Part shown: one piece after another, positions 1 to 10,238 of the stretch | How positions within the stretch are numbered: the stretch's first letter is position 1 | How the letters are laid out: every line of letters begins with the position of its first letter | Assembly: GCA_044225175.1 (NCBI GenBank) | Contig: JBGAJA010000004.1 | Span: 81,631 to 145,630, forward strand | Source of the DNA: Candidatus Omnitrophota bacterium | Lineage (GTDB): Bacteria; Omnitrophota; Gorgyraeia; Zapsychrales; Fredricksoniimonadaceae | DNA length: 64,000 bases | Reading direction: 5' to 3' | The notes under the pieces: generated by a model | What the model saw: the letters and a program-made list of their open reading frames with translations, nothing else | What the model was told of the DNA's origin: nothing | The model's database searches: none | Program-made: the position numbers and the translations under genes

Positions 1-1584
1 GCTATATGGCTCTAGATCATGAGGTGCTGCCAGCATGGCATGGTTAGCGGTAAATAAATTTTCTGATACTCGTGTTAGTCTTTTTACGCTTTTTGTGCCA
101 CTGATCATGGCTGGGTTTGTAGGACTTGATTTAATCTTATTAACTTTTCTCCATTTTTCTTCAATTTGCATGTAAAACTCTTCTGCCCTGTGTCTTAAAA
201 TATTAGTTCCATTAGCATCTGCCGCGGTTTCCCCAGACGCCATACTTTGTTTTAATTGATCAATTAAGACTTCCACTTCTTCTGAGGGTTTATAAGGAAT
301 AATACTGATGCTTATACGCAATAAACTTGCGAATGCCTTAGAAAGTCCTGTCAACATAGCTGGATTTGATGTTATTTGTAATACTTCTGTTGATCTTAAA
401 GAAGTATTATTGATTAATGCTAAATCAGCTCCTCCTGAAAAATATTTTCTAGAAATAGGCTGTTGGCTAATAGGATCCTGATCTTGCTTAATGTAGTTGT
501 AGACACCTTTTTTAAAGGCGTGGAGGTATTGATTGTAGATCAATTCAATATCCGTAGGGGCAGGTCCCTGTGCCTGCCCTTTTTTTGGATCAACATCATT
601 TTGTTGAGGGCGGCCACGGGCAGCCGCCCCTACGTATTGGATTCCTGCCGTTTTATTTTTATCCGCATACACCTGCGCCAAAATCGAATCTTTAATCTTC
701 TTCTTGTACCAAGTGGCTAGAATCAAAGAACTATAAACCTGCCTAAGCTGCACAAAATTGGCCCCTTCATTGATCTCCTTAGTCAATTCAGGAATAACAA
801 CCTCCCGTATGATCTGACTGTGCAAAAAGGTGTCAGACACCTTTTTATCAACCCGCCCCTTCAAAAAGGTGTCTGACACCTTTTTGGAGGCTACGTAGTC
901 TTCTTCTAACATCACTTTCAGCCTGGATTCCACTACATAGGCTGTTCCGGCCTTTGCATTCTCATAGACTACGGCTTTCTCGGGGACTATCCATACCTTG
1001 TTGAAAGTATTGACTGGGATATTGGTTGTTCCATACCTTTTGGCGGATTCTTCGTAGATTCTCTTCCAAAACTTACGGCCAATCTCTTCTTCTGGATACA
1101 TAAGGCTGGCTGTGATCTGTTTGAGCATGTAGTCCTGGGCCAAAAGGTCGCGGCCCATCTCGGTTTGGCCAAAGCTTTCGGGGACTATGCGGTTTTTTTC
1201 ATAGGGACTTAGATTCACCCATAGGTCGGCTTCTGGGGTGGTTAAAGAGGCCAAAAAGTACTTGATTAGACGGTTGGACTCTTCCTTCAATTTATGTGCA
1301 TCAGCGACGGAACGTGACCCTTGATCTAGGATAAAATCGAACATAAAAGGATTATCTGGATGGACCTTGATTCCTTTGAGCAAAGGAGGGTTCACAGGGG
1401 CGCTTAGATGCACCCTACCCCCAGATTTGGGCAAACGCAGCTGCTGAGCATAGGCTGGCAATGGGCCAATGGTATTAATTAAAAAAATGATGACCATCAG
1501 CCAAAGGCTGATCCGCCTTTGGCGGAAAAAGGCAAAAACAATCCCCAGGCACAAAGCCCTTCTTAACTTTACAATCTTAAACAT
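1..1584 (-). CDS. Giant modular secreted protein, paralog P1, N-terminal part; the gene continues beyond the window start
   Basis: Hand translation of the minus strand from ATG 1582-1584 (in-frame TAA four codons upstream) stays open to position 1. It has a signal-peptide-like N-terminus and clear homology to the N-terminal ~330 aa of the 3589-aa protein (LWVNLSPYEK, NTFNKVWI, KKVSDTF x2, RKYFSGG). It is missing from the ORF track only because no stop lies inside the window. Confidence 0.7.
   Translation of the reverse strand, partial: MFKIVKLRRALCLGIVFAFFRQRRISLWLMVIIFLINTIGPLPAYAQQLRLPKSGGRVHLSAPVNPPLLKGIKVHPDNPFMFDFILDQGSRSVADAHKLKEESNRLIKYFLASLTTPEADLWVNLSPYEKNRIVPESFGQTEMGRDLLAQDYMLKQITASLMYPEEEIGRKFWKRIYEESAKRYGTTNIPVNTFNKVWIVPEKAVVYENAKAGTAYVVESRLKVMLEEDYVASKKVSDTFLKGRVDKKVSDTFLHSQIIREVVIPELTKEINEGANFVQLRQVYSSLILATWYKKKIKDSILAQVYADKNKTAGIQYVGAAARGRPQQNDVDPKKGQAQGPAPTDIELIYNQYLHAFKKGVYNYIKQDQDPISQQPISRKYFSGGADLALINNTSLRSTEVLQITSNPAMLTGLSKAFASLLRISISIIPYKPSEEVEVLIDQLKQSMASGETAADANGTNILRHRAEEFYMQIEEKWRKVNKIKSSPTNPAMISGTKSVKRLTRVSENLFTANHAMLAAPHDLEPYS
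552..634. repeat. GC-rich palindromic element with CCGTAGGGG...CCCCTACG termini, inserted in-frame in P1
   Basis: Outer inverted repeat ccgtagggg/cccctacg with two inner hairpins (gggcagg-N8-cctgccc; gggcggc-N8-gccgccc). It is translated as a Gly/Ala/Pro/Arg-rich insert (YVGAAARGRPQQNDVDPKKGQAQGPAPTD) that the other paralogs lack at this position. Confidence 0.6.
824..885. repeat. Pair of 23-bp perfect palindromes AAAAAGGTGTC(A/T)GACACCTTTTT separated by 16 bp, in-frame in P1
   Basis: Copies at 824-846 (centre A) and 863-885 (centre T). Each encodes KKVSDTF on the minus strand. The same pair occurs in P3 and P4. Confidence 0.7.
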
Positions 1585-1630
1585 ATCGAAAGTTTACTAT
1601 ATATATAATAAAATCGCCAATTTCCGCATT

Positions 1631-1654
1631 AAAAAGGTGTCTGACACCTTTTTT
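1631..1654. terminator. Palindromic hairpin AAAAAGGTGTCTGACACCTTTTTT immediately downstream of the bolA stop; putative bidirectional intrinsic terminator
   Basis: A-tract / 6-bp GC stem / T-tract. It lies between the convergent 3' ends of P1 and bolA. The same 23-mer occurs at 18501-18526. Confidence 0.45.
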
Positions 1655-1907
1655 AACATTTGGCTTGGATGGAAAGGGCGTGAATTTGGGATTTTAGGGG
1701 TTTTAGGGCTTCGTAGATCATGCGGTGGCGGTCGATTAGTTTAATGCCTTCGAAAACGGATGATTCAATGATGACTTGGTAGTGGCCACCTTCTTTGGCA
1801 CCAGCATGGCCAGCATGCTTGGCGCTATCATCAATGACCTCAAGATATTGCGGATGAAACTTCTCACGTAGGATGTTTTCTATATTTGCTTTAACCATAG
1901 TTTGCAT
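1653..1907 (-). CDS. BolA family protein
   Basis: 84 aa. Carries the BolA signature ...SSVFEGIKLIDRHRMIYEAL...IHALSIQA. Confidence 0.7.
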   Translation of the reverse strand: MQTMVKANIENILREKFHPQYLEVIDDSAKHAGHAGAKEGGHYQVIIESSVFEGIKLIDRHRMIYEALKPLKSQIHALSIQAKC

Positions 1908-1921
1908 TATACTATCTTTCT

Positions 1922-3211
1922 ATGAATAAAATATCTTTAGCTAATTTCACTCAAACGATTTGCGTCCCTTGCATCCAAAGCCAACAGCGCGAAATTCATG
2001 CCTGGCTCAAAGGTCTCGAAAAAAACTACACCCCCATTTACAGCTCTGTTGATATCCGCGATGCAGGTTTTAAAATCGCTGTTGTAGATACCAATCTCTT
2101 TCCAGCTGGTTTTAATAATCTTTGTGAGCACGGTGTTGAAGATGCCAAAACATTAATCAAAAATGCAATTCTCAAACGCGTCCCAAATGCCAAAGATATC
2201 CTAATCGTTGCTGAAGAACATACCCGCAATAGTTATTACCTAGAAAATATTCGTATTCTTCAAGACATCATTCAAAATGCTGGCTTTAACACCATTATTG
2301 CAACGTTCTTTAATGATGAGCCAACCTTTTGCCAGCAAACAGATAGCTCTGTTGATCTTGAAACATCAAGCGGGCAAAAAGTTAAAATCCATTGCTTCAA
2401 ACGAATCTTAGAAAAGATCAAATCTAAAGAAGCTCATTATGACATGATGATCATGAACAATGATTTATCAACCGGAATCCCTGAAGCGCTTCTTGAAGCC
2501 AATATTCCGATGTACCCTTCCATTCACGCAGGCTGGCATTCTAGACTCAAATCTGAACATTTCCGTCACACCAATGCATTAATGCAACAATTTGCTTACA
2601 TGGTAGGATTAGACCCATGGCTGTTTACTTGCCTCTATTCTCAAATTGACCACATTGATATTAACAAAGAAGAAGATCGCCAAAGACTCTACGTTCAATC
2701 TAAAGATTTATTTGAAAAAATCCAAGCAAAATACGATCTTCATAGTATTCAAGAAAAACCATTCATCTTTATCAAAGCTAACAGCGGTACATATGGCCTT
2801 GGAGTTGTTCCTATTGAATCTCCCGAACAAGTCCTTGAATTGAATCGTCGCAAGAGAAACGATCTCTCCCACGGCAAAAGCTCACAAGAGATCCATAACT
2901 TTATCCTTCAAGAAGGCGTTCCAACGATTCATTCAATTGGAGACAAACCTTCTGAAGTGTGTATTTATCAAATTGATAACAACTTAGTTGGCGGATTTTA
3001 TCGCTCTCATGCATCCAAAGGTTCAAGGGAAAACCTGAACTCCCCTGGCGGCATGAACTTCCAAAAAATGTGTCCTCATCTAGATAAGTACGGCCAAGAC
3101 TGCGGCATTGAACATAATTTAAACATCTTTGACATTTATCGTATCCTCGCTCGTATTGCCGGCGTTGCAGCGACCCAAGAAATCAAAGAATTGGAGAACA
3201 ATAAAACATGA
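1922..3211 (+). CDS. gshA: Putative glutamate--cysteine ligase (short GshA-type family)
   Basis: 429 aa. Immediately upstream of, and overlapping by 4 nt with, a clear gshB. Its length and motifs are compatible with the short GshA family. The assignment rests partly on context. Confidence 0.45.
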   Translation: MNKISLANFTQTICVPCIQSQQREIHAWLKGLEKNYTPIYSSVDIRDAGFKIAVVDTNLFPAGFNNLCEHGVEDAKTLIKNAILKRVPNAKDILIVAEEHTRNSYYLENIRILQDIIQNAGFNTIIATFFNDEPTFCQQTDSSVDLETSSGQKVKIHCFKRILEKIKSKEAHYDMMIMNNDLSTGIPEALLEANIPMYPSIHAGWHSRLKSEHFRHTNALMQQFAYMVGLDPWLFTCLYSQIDHIDINKEEDRQRLYVQSKDLFEKIQAKYDLHSIQEKPFIFIKANSGTYGLGVVPIESPEQVLELNRRKRNDLSHGKSSQEIHNFILQEGVPTIHSIGDKPSEVCIYQIDNNLVGGFYRSHASKGSRENLNSPGGMNFQKMCPHLDKYGQDCGIEHNLNIFDIYRILARIAGVAATQEIKELENNKT

Positions 3212-4143
3212 AATTCTTATTCTTAATGGACCCTCTTGAAATGATCAAGATGGAAACTGATACAACTTTTATTTTAATGTTAGAAGCTCATAATCGCGGA
3301 CATGAGGTTTATTATGTCCCTAAAGACGGCATCAGTTTAATTGAAGGAAAACTATTCTTTAATGCGATCAAAGTCAAAGTCCAAGCAATTCTCCATGAAC
3401 CTTTTACAAATGAACAGATGAAATACCTCTCCCAAGATGAGATCCATGCGTTTTTTATCCGTCCTGATCCTCCTGTTGATGAACAATACCTGATGAACAC
3501 ATGGCTGTTAGATCATATGCCAAAACATATTCCAGTTATTAACAGCGCTTCCGGAGTCCGTACAGTTAATGAAAAAATATGGTCCGCTCAATTTACCAAG
3601 TACACACCAGCTACCATCGTCTCAGGAAATAAAAAAGATCTTCTAGATTTTATTAAGCAGCATCGCAATGTCATTGCTAAACCAACCAATGGTTTTGGCG
3701 GACAGTCCGTCTTTCATATTGAAGAAGGTCATACCAATACAAAAGTTATTCTTGAAACATTAAGCAACGGATACTCCAAAACGATCATTCTTCAGAAATA
3801 TATCCCTGAATCTAAGAATGGTGACAAAAGAATTCTCTTACTCAACGGCGAGCTTTTAGGTGTTGTCTTACGTCTTCACGAAGAAGGCGAACATAGAAAT
3901 AACTTCTATGCAGGCGGCAAACCAATGCCGACAACCATAAATAAACGCGATGAAGAAATCATAGAAACCTTAAAACCACACCTACAACAATTAGGACTCT
4001 ACTTTGTGGGGATTGATATTCTAGGGGACTACTTAATCGAAGTTAATGTAACTTCACCCACATGCTTGCAAGAAATGAACCACCTCTATAATCAAAACCT
4101 TGAGAAAAAAGTCATTGATTTTGTAGAAAAATTGATAAAATAA
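3208..4143 (+). CDS. gshB: Glutathione synthetase (prokaryotic ATP-grasp type)
   Basis: 311 aa. Typical GshB N-terminus (MKFLFLMDPLE...DTTF) and ATP-grasp C-terminal half. Confidence 0.85.
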   Translation: MKFLFLMDPLEMIKMETDTTFILMLEAHNRGHEVYYVPKDGISLIEGKLFFNAIKVKVQAILHEPFTNEQMKYLSQDEIHAFFIRPDPPVDEQYLMNTWLLDHMPKHIPVINSASGVRTVNEKIWSAQFTKYTPATIVSGNKKDLLDFIKQHRNVIAKPTNGFGGQSVFHIEEGHTNTKVILETLSNGYSKTIILQKYIPESKNGDKRILLLNGELLGVVLRLHEEGEHRNNFYAGGKPMPTTINKRDEEIIETLKPHLQQLGLYFVGIDILGDYLIEVNVTSPTCLQEMNHLYNQNLEKKVIDFVEKLIK

Positions 4144-4149
4144 CGCCCT

Positions 4150-4392
4150 ATGCAAGAACTTACTCTATACCATTTCAACGGCTGTCCTTATTGTGCAAAA
4201 GTCCGCAACTATCTTGCTAAAGAAAAAATCACCATTCCTATGAAAGATATTCTTGAAAACCCCGGCTTTAGAGATGAACTTCTTAAAATTGGCGGTAAAA
4301 CCCAAGTACCCTGCCTGGTTATCAATGGTAAGGCTCTCTATGAATCTATGGATATTATTAAGTGGTTTGAAAATAATTATAAAAAATCATGA
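4150..4392 (+). CDS. Glutaredoxin (dithiol, CPYC)
   Basis: 80 aa with a CPYC active site and GG/TVP motifs. Confidence 0.8.
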   Translation: MQELTLYHFNGCPYCAKVRNYLAKEKITIPMKDILENPGFRDELLKIGGKTQVPCLVINGKALYESMDIIKWFENNYKKS

Positions 4393-4643
4393 CTGCCTAC
4401 ATAAAAGCTAAAATCGAAACCGCTCTTCCCAATGCAACGGCCTATGTCTTAGATCCCATGAATGACGGTCAACATTTACAGGCCTATGTAGTCTCTGAAG
4501 TCTTTGAAGGAATGCCTGTTTTTAAGCAACAACAACTCGTTATGACTGCCATCAAGGATGTATTTTCAACGGTCCATGCACTTGGTTTAAAGACTTTTAC
4601 ACCTACTAAATGGGAAGAAGTTAAATCACAATATGGATTTTAA
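4389..4643 (+). CDS. BolA-like protein
   Basis: 84 aa. Shows the BolA-like pattern (VSEVFEG...VHALGLKTF) and sits between two glutaredoxins. Confidence 0.55.
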   Translation: MTAYIKAKIETALPNATAYVLDPMNDGQHLQAYVVSEVFEGMPVFKQQQLVMTAIKDVFSTVHALGLKTFTPTKWEEVKSQYGF

Positions 4644-4662
4644 TTAATAAGGAGAGATTAAT

Positions 4663-4977
4663 ATGTTATCTGAGGCTCTTAAAAAACAAATCGAAAATGA
4701 TATCAAAAACAATAAAGTCGTCATCTTCATGAAAGGCACTGCTGATCAACCTATGTGCGGCTTTTCTGGAAGATCTATCCAAATTCTTCAATCCTACAAT
4801 GTTCCCATCAAAGATTACAATGTACTCGCCTCCGAAGAAATCCGCCAAGGCATCAAAGAAATGACTAACTGGCCTACCATCCCTCAAATATTCGTCAATG
4901 GAGAATTTATCGGCGGATGTGATATTGTCACTGAAATGCATGAAAACGGTGAGTTAGCTACCCTTCTAAAATCTTGA
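4663..4977 (+). CDS. grxD: Monothiol glutaredoxin (Grx4 type, CGFS)
   Basis: 104 aa with a CGFS active site and the WPTIPQIFVNGEFIGGCD motif. Confidence 0.85.
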   Translation: MLSEALKKQIENDIKNNKVVIFMKGTADQPMCGFSGRSIQILQSYNVPIKDYNVLASEEIRQGIKEMTNWPTIPQIFVNGEFIGGCDIVTEMHENGELATLLKS

Positions 4978-6509
4978 TGGCATCTTGGTTCCGACGATCT
5001 GCTGTATCCTTATTCTTCTTAGGTCTACTCCTGTGTGGTCTAAGTATTTATAAAGACTATGGTGTGCATTGGGATGAATATAATAATCAAGAGTTTGGAC
5101 ATAAGTGGAAAGTCTATGTTCTAGATGTTGCACATACTGGCTCTATCACTCAAAGTTATCCAACCGTAGATGAAATGGATTTGAGGCATGGGCCATTTGT
5201 CGAACTATCCCTTAACTTTTTGAAGAATGCCCTCAAGATCAACTCGCTTAAGGAAATCATCCTCTTTCGCCACCTTTGTTGCTTCTTTATTTTTATCTTA
5301 GGCGTCTTTTTCTTTTACTTGTTATGCAACCGTTTCTTCAAAGACTGGAAAATTGCCCTTCTAGGCTGTGTATTTCTGGTTTTAAGCCCTCGCATTTTTG
5401 CACATAGTTTTTATGACACCTTTGATATTCCTTTCTTATCTTTTTATGTCATTAGTATTTACACTATGTTTCGTTTTCTCGATCAAAAAAACGTGCCCAA
5501 TGCTATTTTTCATGCTTTGGCTTGCGCCATATTAATTGATACCAGACTTGCCGGCTTAATCATTCCTCTTTTAACATTGATCTTTTTTAAACCTAAAGAT
5601 ATTAAGCCATTTTTCTTGTATGGACTGTCTTTAATCTTCTTAGTTATCCTTGGATGGCCCTTATTGTGGCCTGACCCCTTAACAAACTTTCTAAAAGTAT
5701 TTCTAGAAACGCACAACTCCAACTTCCCTTATTCCTGTCTTTTCTGGGGAAAATTCTATATGGGCTATGATTTACCCTGGTACAGCACATGGGTATGGAT
5801 TTTCGTCACTACTCCTTTATTTTACAGTGTATTCTTTCTCATCGGCTGCGTGTTTATGATTAAAGATTTCAAAATTACAAAATTTGATATCCACCAACGA
5901 AATACAATTCTAATCTTCTTGTGTTTTCTAATCCCCTTACTATTAGCTAACGGAAAAACATATAATGGCTGGAGGCATCTTTATTTTATTTATCCTCCCT
6001 TCTTGATGATCACCTTAATCGGCCTCTTTTCCATATGGAAAGAAATTCGAACAAATTTAGACGGACAAATGCGAAACGTTCTTCAAACAATAGTTCTAGT
6101 CATCACTTCTATGAGTTTGGCTGGCATTCTATGGATGATGATCAAACTTCATCCTTATGAACACGTCTACTTCAATCGACTGGCAGGAAAAGACATGCAT
6201 GAAGTCAAAGGCCGCTTTGAACTGGATTATTGGGGAGTTTCCTATAAGCAGGCATTGGAATACCTTCTTAAACATGATCCTCAAGAATTGATTTCTATTT
6301 CAGGGGGAGACAATTCCTGGCCCCTTATTACCAACAACTTAAATATCCTTGACCCTCAAGATAAAAAGAGATTTATACAAACAACCCCTGACAAAGCCCA
6401 ATACATGATTACAAACTATCTGCAGCACCCAAATGACTATCCATTTCCTAAATACGCATCCCTTTCTATCGGAAATGCAGAGATTTTAACCATTTATAAG
6501 CTCAAATAA
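4974..6509 (+). CDS. Polytopic membrane protein, putative GT-C glycosyltransferase (ArnT/PMT-like)
   Basis: 511 aa with more than 10 predicted TM helices and an acidic HWDEY motif in the first extracytoplasmic loop. Coupled to grxD by a 4-nt overlap. Confidence 0.4.
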   Translation: MMASWFRRSAVSLFFLGLLLCGLSIYKDYGVHWDEYNNQEFGHKWKVYVLDVAHTGSITQSYPTVDEMDLRHGPFVELSLNFLKNALKINSLKEIILFRHLCCFFIFILGVFFFYLLCNRFFKDWKIALLGCVFLVLSPRIFAHSFYDTFDIPFLSFYVISIYTMFRFLDQKNVPNAIFHALACAILIDTRLAGLIIPLLTLIFFKPKDIKPFFLYGLSLIFLVILGWPLLWPDPLTNFLKVFLETHNSNFPYSCLFWGKFYMGYDLPWYSTWVWIFVTTPLFYSVFFLIGCVFMIKDFKITKFDIHQRNTILIFLCFLIPLLLANGKTYNGWRHLYFIYPPFLMITLIGLFSIWKEIRTNLDGQMRNVLQTIVLVITSMSLAGILWMMIKLHPYEHVYFNRLAGKDMHEVKGRFELDYWGVSYKQALEYLLKHDPQELISISGGDNSWPLITNNLNILDPQDKKRFIQTTPDKAQYMITNYLQHPNDYPFPKYASLSIGNAEILTIYKLK

Positions 6510-6549
6510 CCTTTTGACAACCCTCACGATTTCACCTATCTTTAACGAT

Positions 6550-9500
6550 ATGAAAAAAGCACCTCAAGACAGCATTTTACGGACTCTTTTGAATCAGCGG
6601 ATCCTTATCCTCGACGGAGCCATGGGCACCATGATTCAAAAGTATAAGCTCACCGAAGAACAATACCGGGGGATACGATTTAAGGATTGGAAGAGCGATA
6701 TTAAGGGAAACAATGATCTTCTCTCCCTGACCCAGCCCCACATCATTGAAGAAATTCACAGCCAATACTTCCAAGCTGGCGCAGATATCATTGAAACTAA
6801 CACCTTCAATTGTAATCGTATCAGTATGGCCGATTACAACATGGAAGAGCTGGTTTATGAGCTCAATGTGGCAGCTGCAAAGATCGCCAAAAAAGCTGCT
6901 GAAAAATTCAATAAAGCTAATCCTAATAAACCAAGATTTGTAGCTGGTGCCATTGGTCCTACGACCCGTACTGCGTCGTTATCTCCTGATGTTAATAATC
7001 CAGCTTTCCGAGCTGTAACCTTTGATCAATTGGTCGAAGCCTATAGCGAGCAAATCAAAGGTCTCATGGATGGCGGCGTTGATCTTCTTTTGATTGAAAC
7101 CATCTTTGATACGCTAAACGCCAAAGCTGCGATTTATGCGGTTGAGCTATACAATGAAAAAGTTGGCTACAAGATTCCCTTGATGATTTCTGGAACAATC
7201 ACGGATGCCAGCGGGCGTACATTATCAGGACAAACAACCGAAGCGTTCTGGATTTCCATGAGACACGCACGTCCTTTAAGCATCGGTCTTAACTGCGCCC
7301 TTGGCCCCAAGGATATGCGCCAATACATCGCAGAGCTTTCCCGAGTCGCCGATTGTTTTGTTAGCTGCTACTCAAATGCTGGACTTCCCAATGCCTTTGG
7401 AGAGTATGATCTAGGGGCTGATGATATGGCCACAATCGTCAAAGAATTCGCCCAAAGCGGACTCATTAATATTCTTGGCGGTTGTTGCGGAACAACACCG
7501 GACCATATCAAAGCCATGGCTCATATGGTTGATGGCCTTCCTCCACGGACTATTCCCCATATTAAACATTACAGTTCCTTCTCGGGACTTGAGCCATTTA
7601 TCATTCATGAAAATACGAATTTTGTGAATGTTGGCGAGAGAACCAATGTCACTGGATCCAAGCAATTTGCCCGTCTCATTATTGGTGGAAAATTTGATGA
7701 AGCCCTTGCGGTTGCCCGCCAGCAAGTAGAAAATGGGGCTCAAATGATTGACGTGAACATGGATGAAGCCATGCTTAATTCTCAGGAGTCCATGACTAAA
7801 TTTCTCAATCTAATTGCCTCCGAACCAGACATATCCAAAGTTCCCATCATGATCGATTCATCTAAATGGTCAGTCATTGAAGAAGGCCTTAAGTGTGTCC
7901 AAGGCAAAAGCGTTGTGAACTCAATTAGTCTTAAAGAAGGTGAAGCTCCTTTCAAAGAACAAGCCAAGAAAGTCCTTCGCTATGGAGCTGCTGCGGTTGT
8001 CATGGCATTTGATGAACAAGGTCAAGCAGATACCGTGGAGAAACGAGTGAGCATCTGTAAAAGAGCTTTCAAAATTCTGACTGAAGAAATCGGCTTTGAT
8101 CCTCAAGATATTATCTTTGATCCAAACATCTTTGCGATTGCAACTGGGATTGAAGAACACAATAACTATGCGGTTGACTTCTTTGAAGCAACCAAGCAAA
8201 TCAAAGCTGCCTGCCCGGGCTGTTTAATTTCTGGTGGCGTATCCAATGTTTCCTTTTCTTTTCGTGGTAATGATCCTGTGCGTGAAGCTATGCATGCCTC
8301 GTTCCTCTATCACGCCGTTCACGCTGGCATGGATATGGGAATTGTGAATGCTGGAATGATTGCGGTCTATTCTGAAATCCCAAAAGACTTCCTTGAGCTT
8401 ATTGAAGATGTCATTCTAAATAGACGTCCTGATGCAACTGAACGCTTGGTTTCCTTTGCTGAAACTGTCAAAGCCACGGGTGAAAAGAAACAAGAGGATC
8501 TTGCTTGGAGATCGCTGCCTGTGGAAGAACGATTATCTCATGCTTTAGTCAAAGGAATTGTGGACTTTATCGACGTGGATACAGAAGAAGCACGTCAGAA
8601 ATCCACCCGTCCTTTAGATGTTATTGAAGGCCCATTAATGAATGGGATGAATGTGGTTGGAGATTTATTCGGCTCAGGAAAAATGTTCTTGCCTCAAGTT
8701 GTCAAAAGTGCCCGTGTCATGAAGAAGTCCGTCGCCTACCTTCAACCTTTCATTGAAAAAGAAAAAGATCAGACTGCCAAAGCAGCCGGTGTGGTTGTCA
8801 TGGCAACTGTTAAAGGTGATGTGCATGACATTGGAAAGAATATCGTAGGAGTCGTACTAGCCTGCAATGGCTTCAAAATCATTGATCTGGGCGTCATGGT
8901 TGCCTGTGACAAGATTCTTAAGACTGCTCAAGAAAACAAAGCGGACATGATTGGTCTTTCTGGACTTATTACCCCCTCTCTCGATGAAATGGTCAATGTC
9001 GCAAGTCAAATGCAAAAAGAGAATTTCTCTATACCTCTTTTGATTGGCGGAGCTACAACTTCCCCTGCTCATACAGCTGTTAAGATTGCGCCTGCTTATA
9101 ATCGAAATATTGTCATCTACATTAAAGACGCCTCTCGCAGCGTTGGCGTATGCCGCACGCTCATGGATGATAAAACCAAGGATGATTTAAAGAAGCAAAC
9201 ATTGAAGGATTACGAAAATCTACGCCAAGAACATGCTTCCAGACAAGCTTCTAGGAACTTTGTAAGTATAGACAAAGCTCGGCAAAAAGCCTTTGTTACT
9301 GATTGGACCAAAGCAGAGATCACCAAGCCTTCTTTCCTTGGACTTAAGACATACAAAGACTTTGACCTTAATGAAATCCGTAAACGCATCGACTGGTCAT
9401 TCTTCTTTATTGCCTGGGAGCTTAAAGGAAAATTCCCACAAATCTTAAAAGATCCCGTCTATGGTCAGCAGGCAACTCAAGTCTATAATGATGCCAATGC

Positions 9501-10233
9501 CCTTTTAGATGAAATCATTGCCAAGAAACTTCTAACTGCTCATGGAGTTGTTGGCTTCTTCCCTGCTAATTCTGTAGGAGATGATATTGAAATCTACACA
9601 GATGATACAAGAACCAAGGTCACAGATGTTTTCTATAACTTACGTCAACAAAATGTGATTAACGACAACCAACCTATGCTATCCCACGCAGATTACATTG
9701 CTCCTAAATCATCAGGAGTTAAAGACTACCTTGGCCTGTTTGCGGTCACAGCTGGAATTGGTTTGGATGAATTGGTCAAAAGATTTGAAGATGATCACGA
9801 TGATTATAAAAGCATTCTGGCCAAAGCTGTGGCGGATCGCCTTGCTGAAGCTTTTGCGGAACTTATGCACCTTAAAGTCCGTCGTGAACTTTGGGGATTT
9901 GCCAAAGACGAACAATTAACGGATGAACAAATTAACTTGGGTCAATATAAAAGCATTCGCCCTGCTCCAGGCTATCCTGCCTGCCCTGATCACACAGAAA
10001 AAGCCACTCTCTTTAAAGTCTTAGATGCAACTAAGAATACCGGTATCAACTTAACGGAAAGCTTTGCTATGTATCCAACAGCTGCTGTCTGTGGTATTTA
10101 CTTTGCCCACCCACAATCAAAGTACTTTTCTATTGGAAAAATAGAAAAAGACCAAGTCCAAGACTATGCCAAACGAAAAAACATGGACCTGCCGGAAGTT
10201 GAAAAATGGTTGGGACCTAATTTAGGGTATTAA
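6550..10233 (+). CDS. metH: Cobalamin-dependent methionine synthase
   Basis: Collinear with, and highly similar to, E. coli MetH through the Hcy, pterin, B12 (DxHxxG) and AdoMet domains. The start was moved from the TTG at 6514 to the ATG at 6550, which aligns with the E. coli N-terminus. Confidence 0.95.
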   Translation: MKKAPQDSILRTLLNQRILILDGAMGTMIQKYKLTEEQYRGIRFKDWKSDIKGNNDLLSLTQPHIIEEIHSQYFQAGADIIETNTFNCNRISMADYNMEELVYELNVAAAKIAKKAAEKFNKANPNKPRFVAGAIGPTTRTASLSPDVNNPAFRAVTFDQLVEAYSEQIKGLMDGGVDLLLIETIFDTLNAKAAIYAVELYNEKVGYKIPLMISGTITDASGRTLSGQTTEAFWISMRHARPLSIGLNCALGPKDMRQYIAELSRVADCFVSCYSNAGLPNAFGEYDLGADDMATIVKEFAQSGLINILGGCCGTTPDHIKAMAHMVDGLPPRTIPHIKHYSSFSGLEPFIIHENTNFVNVGERTNVTGSKQFARLIIGGKFDEALAVARQQVENGAQMIDVNMDEAMLNSQESMTKFLNLIASEPDISKVPIMIDSSKWSVIEEGLKCVQGKSVVNSISLKEGEAPFKEQAKKVLRYGAAAVVMAFDEQGQADTVEKRVSICKRAFKILTEEIGFDPQDIIFDPNIFAIATGIEEHNNYAVDFFEATKQIKAACPGCLISGGVSNVSFSFRGNDPVREAMHASFLYHAVHAGMDMGIVNAGMIAVYSEIPKDFLELIEDVILNRRPDATERLVSFAETVKATGEKKQEDLAWRSLPVEERLSHALVKGIVDFIDVDTEEARQKSTRPLDVIEGPLMNGMNVVGDLFGSGKMFLPQVVKSARVMKKSVAYLQPFIEKEKDQTAKAAGVVVMATVKGDVHDIGKNIVGVVLACNGFKIIDLGVMVACDKILKTAQENKADMIGLSGLITPSLDEMVNVASQMQKENFSIPLLIGGATTSPAHTAVKIAPAYNRNIVIYIKDASRSVGVCRTLMDDKTKDDLKKQTLKDYENLRQEHASRQASRNFVSIDKARQKAFVTDWTKAEITKPSFLGLKTYKDFDLNEIRKRIDWSFFFIAWELKGKFPQILKDPVYGQQATQVYNDANALLDEIIAKKLLTAHGVVGFFPANSVGDDIEIYTDDTRTKVTDVFYNLRQQNVINDNQPMLSHADYIAPKSSGVKDYLGLFAVTAGIGLDELVKRFEDDHDDYKSILAKAVADRLAEAFAELMHLKVRRELWGFAKDEQLTDEQINLGQYKSIRPAPGYPACPDHTEKATLFKVLDATKNTGINLTESFAMYPTAAVCGIYFAHPQSKYFSIGKIEKDQVQDYAKRKNMDLPEVEKWLGPNLGY

Positions 10234-10238
10234 TCAAA

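Noticed and set aside
1-1584. The impression from the ORF track that the first 1.5 kb is non-coding or degenerate
   Set aside because: Hand translation shows an uninterrupted minus-strand frame from 1584 to 1, homologous to the paralog N-domain. The track evidently lists only ORFs with an in-window stop.
1469-1744. 91-aa plus-strand ORF overlapping the P1 start
   Set aside because: It lies antisense to the signal-peptide region of the P1 paralog and across the palindromic terminator. It has no coding signal of its own. The ORFs at 463-720 (+) and 987-1172 (-) are likewise alternative frames inside P1.
6577-9919. Several 60-110-aa antisense or alternate-frame ORFs inside metH (e.g. 7411-7743, 7921-8199, 9698-9919)
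   Set aside because: All lie inside the highly conserved MetH reading frame. They are overlapping ORFs and have no coding signal of their own. The same applies to the short ORFs inside ppdK, glyQS, ppk and the giant genes.
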